Below are positions 12,580 through 25,513 of a stretch of 64,000 nucleotides of DNA, in pieces. The stretch's first letter is position 1. The number at the start of each line of letters is the position of its first letter. Both the position numbers and the translations under genes were made by a program. This DNA is from Gracilinanus agilis (lineage: Eukaryota), in contig NC_058131.1 of assembly GCF_016433145.1 (NCBI RefSeq), forward strand, positions 245,736,284 to 245,800,283, given 5' to 3'. The notes below the pieces were generated by a model. The model saw nothing but the letters and a program-made list of their open reading frames with translations. It was not told the DNA's origin and did not search any database.

Positions 12580-12772
12580 GGGGCAGCTGGGTAGCTCAGT
12601 GGATAGAGAGTCAGGCCTAGAAACGGGAGGTCCTAGGTTCAAATCTGGCCTCAGACACTTCCCAGCTGTGTGACCCTGGACAAGTCACTTGACCCCCATT
12701 GCCTACCCTTACCACTCTTCTGCCTTGGAGCCAATATGCAGAAGTTAAGGGTTTAAAAAAAATTTTTTTTTA
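12580..12772 (+). mobile_element. SINE1_Mdo-like SINE
   Basis: Full tRNA-derived head, CORE and A-rich tail. Confidence 0.9.
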
Positions 12773-12915
12773 AATAATAGGTTACACTATGATATAGTAG
12801 AATGAGTGCTGGACTCCAAGACAGAAGACTTAGGTCTGTTTTTTACTGTCTGAGTGAATGTTAGCAAATCACTTAATTTCACTAGGTCTCAGTTTCCTTG
12901 TTTGTAAAATGGGTG

Positions 12916-13108
12916 GGGGGCAGCTGGATAGCTCAGTGGAGTGAGAGTCAGGCCTAGAGACAGAAGGTCCTAGGTTCAAACCCAGCCTCAGCCACTTCCC
13001 AGCTGTGTGACCCTGGGCAAGTCACTTGACCCCCACTGCCCACCCTTACCAATCTTCCACCTATGAGACAATACACGGAAGTACAAGGGTTTAAAATAAA
13101 TAAATAAA
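12916..13108 (+). mobile_element. Young SINE1-like element
   Basis: TSD TAAAATGGGTG (12905-12915, 13109-13119); (TAAA)n tail. Confidence 0.92.
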
Positions 13109-14177
13109 TAAAATGGGTGGGATGAGGTGAATTCAAAGACCTCTAAGGTCTCCCTACTAGGATGAAATACAAGATCACAAGATGATAGAAGTAGAAGGGA
13201 CTTCAAAGACCATCGAGTCTAACCTTATCATTTTGGATATGGAAACAAAGACTAGGAGAGGCAAAGTGATTTGGTAAAAGTCAGAGAGTATTAAATTCAA
13301 CAAGTGCTTACTAAGTTCCTACTAAAGTCAAGGCATTATACTAGATTTAGGTACACAAAGAGAAAAATACAAAATAGCACCTATGCTCAAGGGATTTACA
13401 TTCTACAAGGCAGTTAGGTAGAAAAATGGATAGAAAGCTGCACTTGAAATCAGGAAGTCTTTATTCAACCTCAGACTCCAACACTTACTATCTGGGCAAG
13501 TCACTTAACCTCTCTCTGCCTCAGTTCCCTCATCTGTAAAATAGAAATGATAATTTTTTGATTTGTTAGTTAATTTGTAGAATACCCTCTCCCCACTTTT
13601 TTTCTTTGTTATAGATGATAGTTTGTGTGTTTGTGTGTGTGTGTGTGTGTGTGGTTACATTGTGTAGATGATACAAAAATGAAAAAACAACAATAAAAAT
13701 AGCACATACTACCCAAGGTTGTTGAAAGAATAACATGAGTCAATATTTGTAACATGCTTTGCAAGACTTAAAGCCCTATATAAATGCTAACTGTTATTAC
13801 TAGAGGATACTATGTGTACCCAAATGTCACGAAAAAAACAGGACAAGAAGAAGTATGAACACAGATGTCGCAAGATAATTGGAAGACGAGGAGGAGGAGG
13901 AATACTAACTAGATGGATCAGAAAAAAGGCTTTCAATAGGAGCACATGAGCTGAACCTTGGAGGAAACCAGGGATTATAAGAGGTAGAAATGATAAGGAA
14001 GGCATAGGGAACAACATTTGGAAAGACATGGAAATGGGAGATTTAATACTTAGCTCAGGAAACAGAAATAGGTCAATTTGGCAAGAAATGAGACTTCAAG
14101 AGGAAGGATGTGAAACAAATGTAGACAGATAGGACTGAGTAGAATTGACAACACTTTACAAATGATTAGATTAGATT

Positions 14178-14645
14178 GGTTGTTGTTTATCCTTCATTTA
14201 GAACAGGATCAGTGATATCACGGGCTGAAGTCCTGAATTCTTTGTGAACTGGATTTAAGTGAGGTAGAGTTATACAGTCATCACCCTCACTCTTTCTTCC
14301 ACAGTCTTCCAAGTCCAGTGGCAAGATAGAAGTCAGAATGACTCACTATGGCCCAGGATGCAGTGGATGACTTTGGCGTATTTGATGTCTGACCAAGCTC
14401 TAAGCGCTCCACAGTGCCCACTTCAACCACCTTCATAGTTATTGGAATAAATTGTTCTCATTCACACAGTCAGCTGGGGAAAGTCTTCCCATGGGGTAGA
14501 GAAACCCTTAACTCACCTGTGGGTTTGAGGTCTCTCTGTTGGTTACCTTCAACCTGGTTTAGTCTGTCTGCCAAGATGGTTTTACTGAATTGTGGTGGAT
14601 GCACATTCTACAGCTTCCTGGAGTCACATATGCTTGTCTACTTTC
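14178..14645 (-). mobile_element. RTE-associated marsupial SINE (Mar3-like; name tentative)
   Basis: Reverse-complement homologue of 10281-10548. Ends are approximate. Confidence 0.55.
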
Positions 14646-15296
14646 GATGCAGTAAAATGAGGGACAAGGAAGAGTCAAGGATGACTTTGAAGTTAAAGGT
14701 CTAAGGGAATTGAAGGATGGTAGTGTCCTCAAGAGAAATAGGGAAATTTGGAAGAGGATCTAGAGTAAGGAGGAATGTTGAGTTCCATTTTTCTGTTATA
14801 ATGAGTTTGAGATCCCCATGGCATATTCAAGTAGAATGTCTAGCAGACAAGTTGTGGGGACTTCAACACAAAAAGGCCATTTAATTCCAATTCCAAGGGT
14901 CTTTCTACCCTAGGAAATTAAATAAACTAGAGGATATAATATGCTGTCGGAAAAGTAGTGGAAAAAATCTCAGTCTTAGAGTCAGGAGATCTGCGTTATA
15001 AATATGATTCTGCCCTTTATTAGTTATGTGATTCTGGACAAGTCATCTAACCTAACCCTTCTAAGTCTCAGTGTCCTCATCTGTAATATTGAGGTGTTAA
15101 CACTTGTACTACCTATATCACAGGATTATTGTGAAAGAAGAAAAACTTCAGAAAGAATTTTTATCTCCAGGTCACCTATCCTTAGCATCTCAAATGTTAT
15201 TCTTTCTTTTTTTTTTTTTAAGTTTAATCCTTACCTTCCATCCTAGAATCAATACCATATATTGATTCCAAGGCAGAAGAGTAGTAAGGGCTAGGC

Positions 15297-15736
15297 CAGT
15301 GATGGGCAAACTTTTTAAAGAGGGGGCCAAAAGAAAGGAAATGCTCATCTGTCAATCTGTTTCTTTTTTTCTTTTTTAATTTTTTTTTATTAAAGCCTTA
15401 CCTTCCATCTTGGAGTCAATACTGAGTATTGGCTCCAAGGCAGAAGAGTGGTAAGGGTGGGCAATGGGGGTCAAGTGACTTGCCCAGGGTCACACGGCTG
15501 GGAAGTATCTGAGGCCAGATTTGAACCTAGGACCTGTCTCTAGGCCTGGCTCTCAATCCAGTGAACTACCCAGCTGCCCCCTGTCAATCTGTTTCTAAGG
15601 CAATTCTTTCCAAGTTTCATTGTATTGTATCCTACTCATTGTAGTCATCAAATTAGGAATAATGTCATGCAGCCAGATAGAACATTTTAGGGGGTCACAT
15701 CTGGCCCATGACCGGGCTGTAGTTTGCCCATCACTG
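15297..15736. mobile_element. hAT MITE inserted in an older SINE and itself interrupted by a younger SINE
   Basis: Perfect 16-bp TIRs CAGTGATGGGCAAACT / AGTTTGCCCATCACTG; TSD GGCTAGGC (15289-15296, 15737-15744). Confidence 0.95.
15365..15580 (-). mobile_element. Young SINE1 inside the MITE
   Basis: 16-bp TSD CTGTCAATCTGTTTCT (15349-15364, 15581-15596). Confidence 0.95.
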
Positions 15737-16244
15737 GGCTAGGCAATGGGGATCAAGTGACTTGCCCAGGGTCAAACAGGCAGGAAATGTCTAAGGCCAG
15801 ATTTGAACCCAAGACCTTCCATCTCTAGGCCTGGCTCTCTAACCACTGAGTCACCTAGCTGCCTCACCAAATGGATTCTGATTTTTCTCATTTTTAAATG
15901 TGAGGACTATACCTTCTTGTGTCTCAGTTGTATGTCTAGCCTCTCATATTTTCAGATCAGAATTTCCTTTGAGAGAGGGATTCAGTTCATTTGTTTGGCA
16001 AATGTAACCCACCACTGGAGGGATGGATAGCAGATTAAGTCAACCCAATACTATAAAATATGTACACTTTAGGTGCTACAGAAATTCTACCTGGTTAGCC
16101 ATGGCTCTACCAGTTTAAGTATGATGACAGCTAGCTGATATTAAATAGAATGCTTATGTACTGTGCAAATAGAAATTTGATTCAGGTGAACTACATTTTC
16201 CCAGCATCCTTTTAAGTTATGTGTTCACCTTACATCATTTCTTT

Positions 16245-16430
16245 TGAGAGATAAATAATGCTGCGGGGCTCTTGATTGGACTTTTGCCTTGCTTAAGTGC
16301 TTCAGGTGTGGGGTCTCTCCTCTGTGCTCTGCTCACTCGGCAGAAAGAATCCCTTTCTCTCTCACTTTATTATTATTGTTAAATCCTATATAATAAATAC
16401 TTGGAGTATTTATTCATTTTTATTCTCACA
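16245..16430 (+). mobile_element. Possible LTR fragment
   Basis: TG...CA ends, with AATAAA about 35 bp before the terminal ctcaca; no convincing TSD. Confidence 0.3.
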
Positions 16431-18689
16431 GTATTTTTTGTCCACTCAAATTCCCTGCTTTGCTCTGAACCTTATGTACTCAAAACAAATACACATTTGT
16501 TGAATTTGTCTTTGATTCTACCTAGATTCCATCTGTTAAGATACAATCAATGCTTTAATGTAATGCATTTAAAAAATGTACTTGAATCTTCATAATTTTA
16601 ACAGCCATGGATAAAGTCTTCAAAGGCTTGAAAGTCAGGGAAAAAAAAAGAGTGCATTACTGAAACTTTAAAAACTGGCACAAACACATACAAACAGCTT
16701 TCACAGCAGAAGAAGATGTGAGACAAAGTCTTGAATATACATTGTCTGCCTTTTTTTCATCTTAAAAAAGCTAGGCTGATTCTGGTTCAACTTAAAAGTA
16801 CATGTTAGGAAGAAAGTGACAAGAAGAGGTCATGTTTTCTCTAATGCTTTAAAATTTACAAAACATTTTCCTTACTAAAACTTTGTGAAATGGATAGTGC
16901 AAGTACAATAATATTATCCCCATTCCATAGATGAAGAAATTGAGGACCAGAGAGGAAAGTTTTTATATTCACCTAAAAGTAAAAGGTTATTAAGTAGACA
17001 AGTGGAGATTTGACTCAAGGCCTCAGAACTCCTAGTCTAATATTTTTCTGGGAAATTGGGTTGTGGTGTGTGGGAAACAGGGTTATGTAAAGATGCAGGG
17101 CCAAACCTAAATAAATCAGAACTGCCATCCTAGAGGAGGTGTGCTGTTGATTCATTCAGAGAATCATAAGATCATAGGAAGAATCCCCTAGAGATGATTA
17201 AATCCAAGCCCTTCATTTTACAGATGAAAGTAAAAAGAAGTACCTAGCATTACAAGGGGAATAAATGGCAGCTCTAGGATTTCTATCAGGGCACAAAAGG
17301 ATTTTTGGCTGAAGGGGATTGCTATCTTCCACAATGCCAATCTCAAAAGATTAGCATGTACTTCAGTCACCCCTAGTTTTCCTTAACTAAATAAACACTT
17401 CTTGAACTTACTGATATAATGGAAAAAGCCATGGGCTGAGAATCATGAGACCTAGGTTTAATGAAACCTGGATTCCATGGTATGCCATGGTATGACGGGC
17501 ATATCACTTCCCTGGGCCTCAATTTTATTTTCAATAAGATAACTATAAAGTGAAGACTAAATAATTACTCAAAATTCCCTAGGTGACATGGAGGACAGAA
17601 TGCTGGACTTGGAAACAGAAAGGACAGGAGGAGTTCAGTTTACCTGCTCTGAAACCCTGGTCGAGCCACTTAATGAGAATATATAAAGCAATTTGCAAGC
17701 TTCAGCCAGTTTTAGGTTAGCTATTATTATTAATATTATTATACCATTTCTGACCTCTATAATTCTATTTTCTGCCTGTACCATATCTGGGGCTATCCAG
17801 TCTCATTCATTTATATCTCCTGCTTAAACATATACTATATAGACTTTTATTTATCATCATTTTACCTCTTTAAACTTTGAGGGGTGCCCCCAAACCCTGA
17901 GACCAGAAGGTTTTCTCATTCAATCCTTCCTGTTTCAATAAACTCATGCCACTTATGTGGATGCCTATTTCACGAACAAAAATCAGTCCCCTCCATGCCA
18001 TAGCAGATAGTTTCATGAGTGGTCAGACCAGATCTATTACACCAAATGTCAGGAAAGAATTACTTATAACTTCAGCCAAAACTTCCTTCTCAGAACAAAT
18101 TAGAAACTGAGTAAGCCAGCTTCCCTCTAACATCTAAACTAGTTCTAAGGTAACAGGACGCCCTCTGTTGGACATCCTGTCTCCGGTACCCAACCTTTCA
18201 ATGGGCTTACTCGAGAAGCAATTTGCATGACAGGTCACACTGAGAGTTATGGGTGCAAGAAAATACTTCAGAAGAGGTAGCACAACCTATGAAACTCCAG
18301 CACAACAACGAGACGAGAGACACTCAAATATCCAAAACTAATAAGGACAACAGAAAACATTCATTAAGGGACTTCCACGTGGTTCTGTGCCAGGCATCAT
18401 ACCAGAATGTAAACAATTAAAATTAAAATTAAAAAAAGCACTTCCCCTGATCTTTTGAATCCTAGAATTCCAGAGAAGAATGTCAAACAGTTCAGAGAGC
18501 TCCTGATTTAGAATCATAAGATCATTTTCTGCTACTTTTGCTCTGTTTGATCTTGTCCAAGTCACAGTGTAAAAGTCAACTATTATGAGCATTATTCTAC
18601 TACAACTGCTACTGCCACTACCACCACCACTACTGTTGTTATTGATGCTATTACTGCTACTACCACCATCACCACTGCTACTACTACTA

Positions 18690-18932
18690 TTGCTTTCAGT
18701 AGTGACTCTTTATGACCCCCATTTGGAGTTCTCTTGGCAAAGATATTAGATTGATTTGCTATTTCCTTCTCCAGCTCATTTGAAAGATGAAGAAACTGAG
18801 GCAAACAGGGCAAAGTGACTTGCCCAGGGTCACAGACCTGGTGAAATGTCTGAGATCAGATTTGAACTCAGGAAGACAAGTCTTCCTGATTTCAGACCCA
18901 GTACTTTATGCACTGTTTCACCTAGCTGCCCC
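18690..18932 (-). mobile_element. Mar1-type CORE-SINE flanked by (CTA/CCA)n simple repeats (18596-18690, 18932-19000)
   Basis: gtgactctttatgaccccatttgg...gaggcaaacagggcaaagtgacttgcccagggtcac...cctagctgccc. Confidence 0.8.
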
Positions 18933-19059
18933 TACTACTAACACTACCATTACTACTACCACTACTAATAACTAGTACTACCACTAATCCTACTCCTACT
19001 CTCACTACAGACCAGTTTTAGGAATTTTATACTCTTGTATCTCATTGTACTTTTTAAAT

Positions 19060-19530
19060 AAAATCTTTTTTATTCTTTTAAGTTACATGTAGAAACAATT
19101 ATTATCAATCGTTTTCTGACATTTTTTGGTTCAGATTCTCTCCCTCCCTCCCTTCATCTCCCCAGGTGGTAGATAGTCTCATATATATCATACCAGTGCT
19201 GTTATACAATACATATTTCCAAATATATTGCTCATGCTGTGAAAGAAGACACATATCACACATACAATGAAAAGCGCATGGAGGAAATAAAGTGAAAGAT
19301 GGCAAGCTTTGATTTGTAATCAGATTCCAACAGTTCATTCTTTGGCTGTGGATAGCTTTTTTCATCATGAGTCCCTTGGGTTTATATTTTAACTTTGCTT
19401 TACTAATAATAATTTAGTCCTTCACAGTTGATCAAGGTACAATATTTTAGTTACTATATACACTGTTCTCCTGGTTCTACTCACATCACTTTGCATCAGT
19501 TTATCTAAGTCTTTCCAGATTTTCCTGAAC
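19060..19530 (-). mobile_element. Old L1 3' UTR fragment
   Basis: T-rich end followed by marsupial L1 3' UTR-like motifs; degraded. Confidence 0.55.
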
Positions 19531-19539
19531 TTATCCCTT

Positions 19540-20310
19540 TTTACATGACAACCCACCAGCTACTTAAAGACACTTTTCATGTCCTTCCGGAGCCTTCTCA
19601 TGTCCAAGTTAATCATTCCCAAATTCTTATATCCATCCTCATATGACTTGGATTGAAAGTGCTTCACTATCCTGGTTTCCTTGCTCTCTATATTTTTCAT
19701 CTTATTAATTTCTTTTTTAAACTGTGGTGCCCAACATTCTCAATGTAGTGTCATCAGGGCAGAGGAAATTTTGAGCTACCATATCATACTGCTGACTTGT
19801 ATTGAGCTTGTAGTACGTTAACTTTCCAAGATTCTTTCTAGACAAACTGCTATCTGACTAGGCTTTCTCCATCCTATGCTTATGGAGTTGATATTTTGAA
19901 TCCAAATATACTACAGATGTATTCATCCCTACCTAATTTCATTTTATTAGATTCAACTCAGTACCCTAGCCAGTCAAGATCTTTTGGGGTCCTGACTTCC
20001 TTCCAGGTATGGAGAGCTCTCCCTCTCAGCTTTGTGCTATTTGCAAATATGATGGCCATGTCATCCATGCCATTACCCAAGTTATTGGTACAAATCTTAA
20101 ATATCACAGGGCTAGGATAGATCCCTGAAGCATTCCAATAGAGCCTTTCTGTCAAGTTGACACTGAACCCTTAATAGCCACTCTTTTATTCCACTCACCA
20201 GTTTCAAATCCATCTAATTGTATTAGTGTCTAGTTCATATGTCTCCATTTCCCCCCACAAGATTAGCATGAGAGATTTTATCAAATACTTAACTAAAATC
20301 GAAGTAAGCT
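19540..20310 (-). mobile_element. L3/CR1 LINE relic
   Basis: Motifs ttaaactgtggtgccca, ttttattagattcaactcag and tcatccatgccattacccaagttattggta resemble the antisense of CR1/L3 ORF2. Confidence 0.6.
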
Positions 20311-20315
20311 ATAGT

Positions 20316-21540
20316 CTTTTTTTAAATTTAAATATTTTATTTTTTAGAAAAATTTTCCATGGTTACATGATTCATGTTTTTACTTTCCCCTTTGCCCCCA
20401 CTTTACCCCCCCCATAGCCAGCGTGCATTTCCATTGGTTTTAACATGTGTCATCAATTAAGACTTATTTACATATTATTGATAGTTGCATTGGTGTGGTC
20501 CTTTAGAGTCTACATCCCAAATCATGTCCTCATCAACCCATGTGTTCAAGCAGTTGTTTTTCTTCTGTGTTTCCTCTCCTGTAGTTCTTCCTCTGAATGT
20601 GGGTAGTGTTCTTTTCCATAAATCCCTCAGAATTGTCCTGGGTCATTGCATTGCTGCTAATACAGAAGTCCATTACATTCGATTTTACCACAGTGTATCA
20701 GTCTCTGTGTACAATGTTCTTCTGACTGCTCCTTTCACTCTGCATCAATTCCTGGAGGTTTTTCCAGTCCACTTGGAATTCCTCTAGTTTATTATTCTTT
20801 TGAGCACAATAGTATTCCATCACCAGCATATACCACAATTTGTTCAGCCTTTCCTTAATTGAAGGGTACACCCTTGTTTTCCAGTTTTTTGCCACCACAA
20901 AAAGGGCGGCTATAAATATTTTTGTACAGGTCTTTTTATCTATGATCTCTTTGGGGTACAAACCCAGCAATGGTATGGCTAGATCGGAGGGCAGGAAGTC
21001 TTTTAGCACTCTTTGGACCTAGTTCCAAATTGCCATCCAGAATGGTTAGATCAGTTCACAGCTCCACCAGCAATGCATTAATGTCCCACTTTTGCCACAT
21101 CCCCTCCAGCATTTATTACTCCCACCTGCTATCATTTTAGCTAATCTGCTAGGTGTGAGGTGGTACCTCAGAGTTGTTTTGATTTGCATTTCTCTAATTA
21201 TTAGAGATTTAGAACACTTTCTCATGTGCTTATTGATAGTTTTGATTTCTTTATCTGAAAATTGCCTATTCATGTCCCTTGCCCATTTATCAATTGAGGA
21301 ATGGCTTGATTTTTTTATACAATTGATTTAGCTCCTTGTATATTTGAGTAATTAGACCTCTGTCAGAATTTTTTGTTATAAAGATTTTTTCCCCAGTTTG
21401 TTGTTTCCCTTCTGATTTTGGTTACATTGTTTTTGTTTGTACAAAACCTTTTTAATTTAATATAATCAAAATTATTTATTTTACATTTTGTAATTTTTTC
21501 TAACTCTTGCTTGGTTTAAAAATTTTCCCTTTCCCATATA
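20316..21540 (-). mobile_element. 5'-truncated L1 (ORF2 C-terminus plus 3' UTR) with nonsense mutations
   Basis: ORFs 21046..21273 (-) and 20698..21009 (-) are in the same frame and encode L1 ORF2 C-terminal motifs ([53 protein letters not shown]), separated by TAA/TAG. Confidence 0.95.
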
Positions 21541-21879
21541 AAAAAATAAGTGTTCTTATAAGCTTTAGAGTCTAGTAAGGGGAAATTAGGCTTGTATACC
21601 AATATTTATAAGGCGAGATAAAATGTACATAAAAGAACAAAATGTTGAGGGAGTTCAGAGGTGAAAGGGACCACTTCTAGTTGGAGAAAGAATAAGATAA
21701 GGCTATGTGGAGAAGGCAGCATTATTATTGTTAATGTTAATACTTTACCTTTATATAATAATTTACATGTAGTTGAAGAAATAGTTTGGAAAGGCTTCTA
21801 CATTCATTGCTTCCTTTGATCCTCATAATAATCCTGTGAGGTAGACATGGATGGGAGAGATTATTTCCATCTTATTAAT

Positions 21880-22410
21880 GAGTGGTTCTCCAACTCTTTG
21901 AATTTATGTCTCCCTTGCCCCCTTAAAAACTATTGAGGATCCCCCTAAAAAGTTCTTGCTTATTTAGGTTATATCTATTGATATTTATTAGGTTAGAAAT
22001 TAGAATGGATAAATTTTAAAATATTTCAATTCATCTAAAAAAGAACAATAACAAATTCATTATGTTATCATAATATGCTTTTATGAAAATAACTATATTT
22101 CCCAACTCCAAAAAATTTAGTGAAAAGAGTGGCATTATTTTACTTTTTTTTTCAAATCTCTTTAATGGCTGCCTTAATACAAAAAACCTGGCTTCTCCTC
22201 TCTCCTTCAGTATCCAATCTGTTAATGATACATTATTCTAGTTGAAGTATGTGAAGAAAATCTCCTCTTATACAATATGTAGTTGAAAATGGGAATATTT
22301 TAATCATAAAATAGTCATTATTATTATAAAAAGAGTTTTGGCCATGCAGACTTCCTGAAAAGGGCTTAGGGAATCCCAGGAGTCTGTGGACCACAATCTC
22401 AGAACTCTTG
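21880..22410. mobile_element. Charlie1/Charlie1a-like hAT non-autonomous element
   Basis: Degenerate TIRs (gagtggttctc / agaactcttg). Internal motifs (aaaatttagtgaaaagagtggcattattttac, gttgaagtatgtgaagaaaatc, ggaccaca...agaac) match my recollection of the Charlie1a consensus. Confidence 0.65.
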
Positions 22411-23664
22411 TCAAATGAAACTTTGAAAGGTTACCTGACTTGCCTAAAGGCTACTACATAGTCAGTGGCCAAGAAACTATGTATGTGCAAGGCAGGAGTA
22501 GGTGGCATGAAAGGCAATCTTATCTGAATATGAATCTCATTTTCCCTCCTTTATTCCCTTCCCCTGTCCATTTTTTTTTCTTCCTCTTTAGAGCATAAAA
22601 TCATGTGCAACTTAGGTTGAATGGATTTGTTGTTGCTTTCCTTATTTCTATAAGCCTTAAGAATGAAATAATTTAACTACCTATGGTGTGTGTGGCATGG
22701 TGGATAGACAGCTGACTCAGACTCAAAAAAATTCTTCCAGTCTTTATGTTCACTGGTAGTTTGCTCCTGTGGATTTCATTGGACCTCTTGGTGCGCCAGG
22801 CAACTCTATTTTGCAGGATAGTTTCCCATCTCTATTTGTAGAGGGGTTTTCTTCACTGGAAGTCTTAATGTCAATGAAATCACAGGTCTGAACTCTTTTT
22901 GTTATTATTTCTTAGATTTTCCCTGAAATAGTAATTCTATTAAATGAATTCCCCCTTTCCCCCATACTGAATTTTACCCATAAAGTATTGGATCTTTGTT
23001 GATAGTGTGGATTTACTGTTTGTTTTCATTTCCATAAGAAATTCTCCTCAGAAGCTCTGTCCCTACATGGTAAATACAGGTGAAAGTATCATGTTTACAG
23101 GAGGCGATGGTTCAGGCAACCTAACTCCAGCTGACATTTTACCCTACAGTTTGGGGTCACTCAGAGGAAAGAGTAAAAGATCTCATTGCTTGCTTGCTTT
23201 AAACAAGGAAGATGTTTAACAAATTGTGAATCTTTGTAATATGGGCACGTTGTAGGGAATAGTAACAAAATTGTCTATTTATAGATTATATATGCCTATT
23301 TATATTTCTATATACACATGTGTGTTGTATCTAACACAATAGATATAATCTACAAAAACAAAAACTCTTTGGGGTAGATCCTCAAATAGTTTTTAAGGGG
23401 GTAATGGAGTCATAAAACAAACACCCAGATACATATACATACATATATATATATAATATATATAAACCGTTCTTTTTTAAGGTTAAAAAAATTTATTAAT
23501 TCTCTTTCTGTCATCTATCATGTCTATATTCTGTCCACTAAACTAAAGTATCACTGGCAGAAGCCTGCCTTGGTAACCAATAGGTATACTCAAGCAAATC
23601 AAATCAACATATAGGCCCCAAATTTAAGAATGTGTTTCTGATATTGTACCTCTAATCCAAGAGT

Positions 23665-23885
23665 TCTTTTTTTTTTTTTTAAACCCTTACCTTTCATCTT
23701 AGTATCAATACTGTGCTTTGATTCTAAGACAGAAGAGTGGTAAGGGCACTTACCTTACTTAACAATGGGAGTTAAGTGACTTGCCCAGAGTCACATAGGT
23801 GGGAAGTGTCTGAGGCCAGATTTGAACCCAGGACCTCCCATCTCTAGGCTTGGCTCTCAATCTACTGAGCCACCCAGCTGCCCCT
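23665..23885 (-). mobile_element. SINE1-like SINE
   Basis: Reverse-strand head at cccagctgcccc and poly-T tail. Confidence 0.88.
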
Positions 23886-23889
23886 AATC

Positions 23890-24140
23890 CAGGACTTCTC
23901 AACCTGGGTTGTATGAGCTTAGTTTAAAAAAAAAAAAATATATATATATATATATATACATATATATTTTTATATATGTATATATATCTTCTACACACAC
24001 ACATATAAATTAAGGGTATTCAGATTAAGTTGATTCCTTAGTAATCCTGTGCATTTTATTTAATGCATTTAAAAGGATTATTCTGAGAAGGGGTCTACTG
24101 GTTTCCCTACATTGCCAAAGGAATTCATGATACAAAAAAG
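23890..24140. mobile_element. Old Charlie-type MITE interrupted by a (TA)n/(CA)n microsatellite
   Basis: caggacttctcaacctggg start; ttattctgagaaggggtct...gccaaaggaattcatgatacaaaaaag end. Confidence 0.55.
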
Positions 24141-24337
24141 CATTTAATTAACCATCTTTGATATATTGTGTGTTGGCATAAGAAATCTAATGGGAATTTT
24201 TTGAGAGTTTTATGGAAAATGAAGACAAGACCAGCAAATGATGCAAAAAACATTTAGAAACTCAGAAATGCATAAAATATATGTATTGTATAATATTAAC
24301 ATATTTTATCTCTGAATACTATAAATATACACAATTT

Positions 24338-24470
24338 TTTTTTTAAGCAGTGGGGGTCAAGTGACTTGCCCAGGGTCACACAGCTGGGAAGTGTCTGAGG
24401 CCAGATTTGAACCTAGGACCTCCCATCTCTAGGCCTGGCTCTCAATCCACTGAGCTACCCAGCTGCCCCC
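24338..24470 (-). mobile_element. Short SINE1 copy lacking its 3' unique segment
   Basis: TSD ACACAATTT (24329-24337, 24471-24479). Confidence 0.85.
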
Positions 24471-24532
24471 ACACAATTTCTTTTTTAAAGTTAAAATAAG
24501 TAAAAAGTTAATTTTTATATTTACTTTTTTCC

Positions 24533-24729
24533 TTTAAACCTTTACTTTCTATCTTAGAATCAATACTGTGTATTGGTTCCAAGGCAGAAGAACAGTAAGA
24601 GCTAATCAATGGGGTTAAGTGACTTACCCAGGGTCACAAAGCTGGGAAGTGTCTGAGGCCGGATTTGAACCTAGGACCTCCCATGTCTAGGCCTGGCTCT
24701 CAATCCACTGAGCCACCCAGCTGCCCCCA
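24533..24729 (-). mobile_element. SINE1-like SINE
   Basis: Full-length reverse-strand match to the other copies. Confidence 0.88.
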
Positions 24730-25431
24730 TTTACTTATTTTTAAATTTCTTTTTCATTCAGTATTTTTACTTAACATTGACCTACATGTAGTCTATTACC
24801 AAATACTTAGCCCAGATTTTACAATAAAGTACTGTAAACACCCTATCAAAAAAAAATTGGACTTCTCTGGTACAAAGGGAGGGCCAAAAGTTTTTACACA
24901 GATTTTCAGATCGAGAGGGCATAGAACCCTTAACTTTTGCAATGTTGGAAGGGTTACTTCTAGTACCTAACCTCAAAGAACTGAAATTTTTCTCATTTTC
25001 TCTTGAGATCATGTGTATACTAGTTGAGCAAGCAAATTGTCTCTCTGTTTATTATCCCACATACTTGACAGGTGTCCAGCCTGTCAGTTTTTTCAATCAA
25101 CATTTCTTTGATAAAATCTTTAATGCTATTTCTCCTAAGTAAATCTTTGAAATTTTTAGTGGCCTGCTCATGCCTAACATATGTCTCTCCATTGATCTTT
25201 AGGTGATACTCAAATTTAATTCTTTGGAGGCTATAGTGTTCAAGTCTTAGTTATATGTCAACAACAACAAAAAAAGGATGTTAAAAAGATGGACCATCAC
25301 TTAGGGGAAAGCGTAGGATCCTTAAAAAAAAAACCTTTACACTTTCCCAAAGACTATCCATTTTGTTCTTTTCTTCCTGTCCAATCCAGGTCCCAACCCA
25401 TCATTCATTTGTGAATTTTCATATATATATG

Positions 25432-25472
<41 letters not shown>

Positions 25473-25513
25473 GGAGGCAGCATGGTAAAATGGAAAGTAT
25501 CTTGAATCTAGGC

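Larger units (their letters stand above)
15215..15862 (-). mobile_element. Older SINE (host of the MITE), split into about 15215-15296 and 15737-15862
   Basis: The halves rejoin as ...agtagtaagggctaggc|aatggggatcaagtgacttgccc. Confidence 0.85.

Noticed and set aside
20698-21273. L1 ORF2 as an active or domesticated gene
   Set aside because: 5'-truncated, with in-frame stop codons; only the C-terminal region is present.
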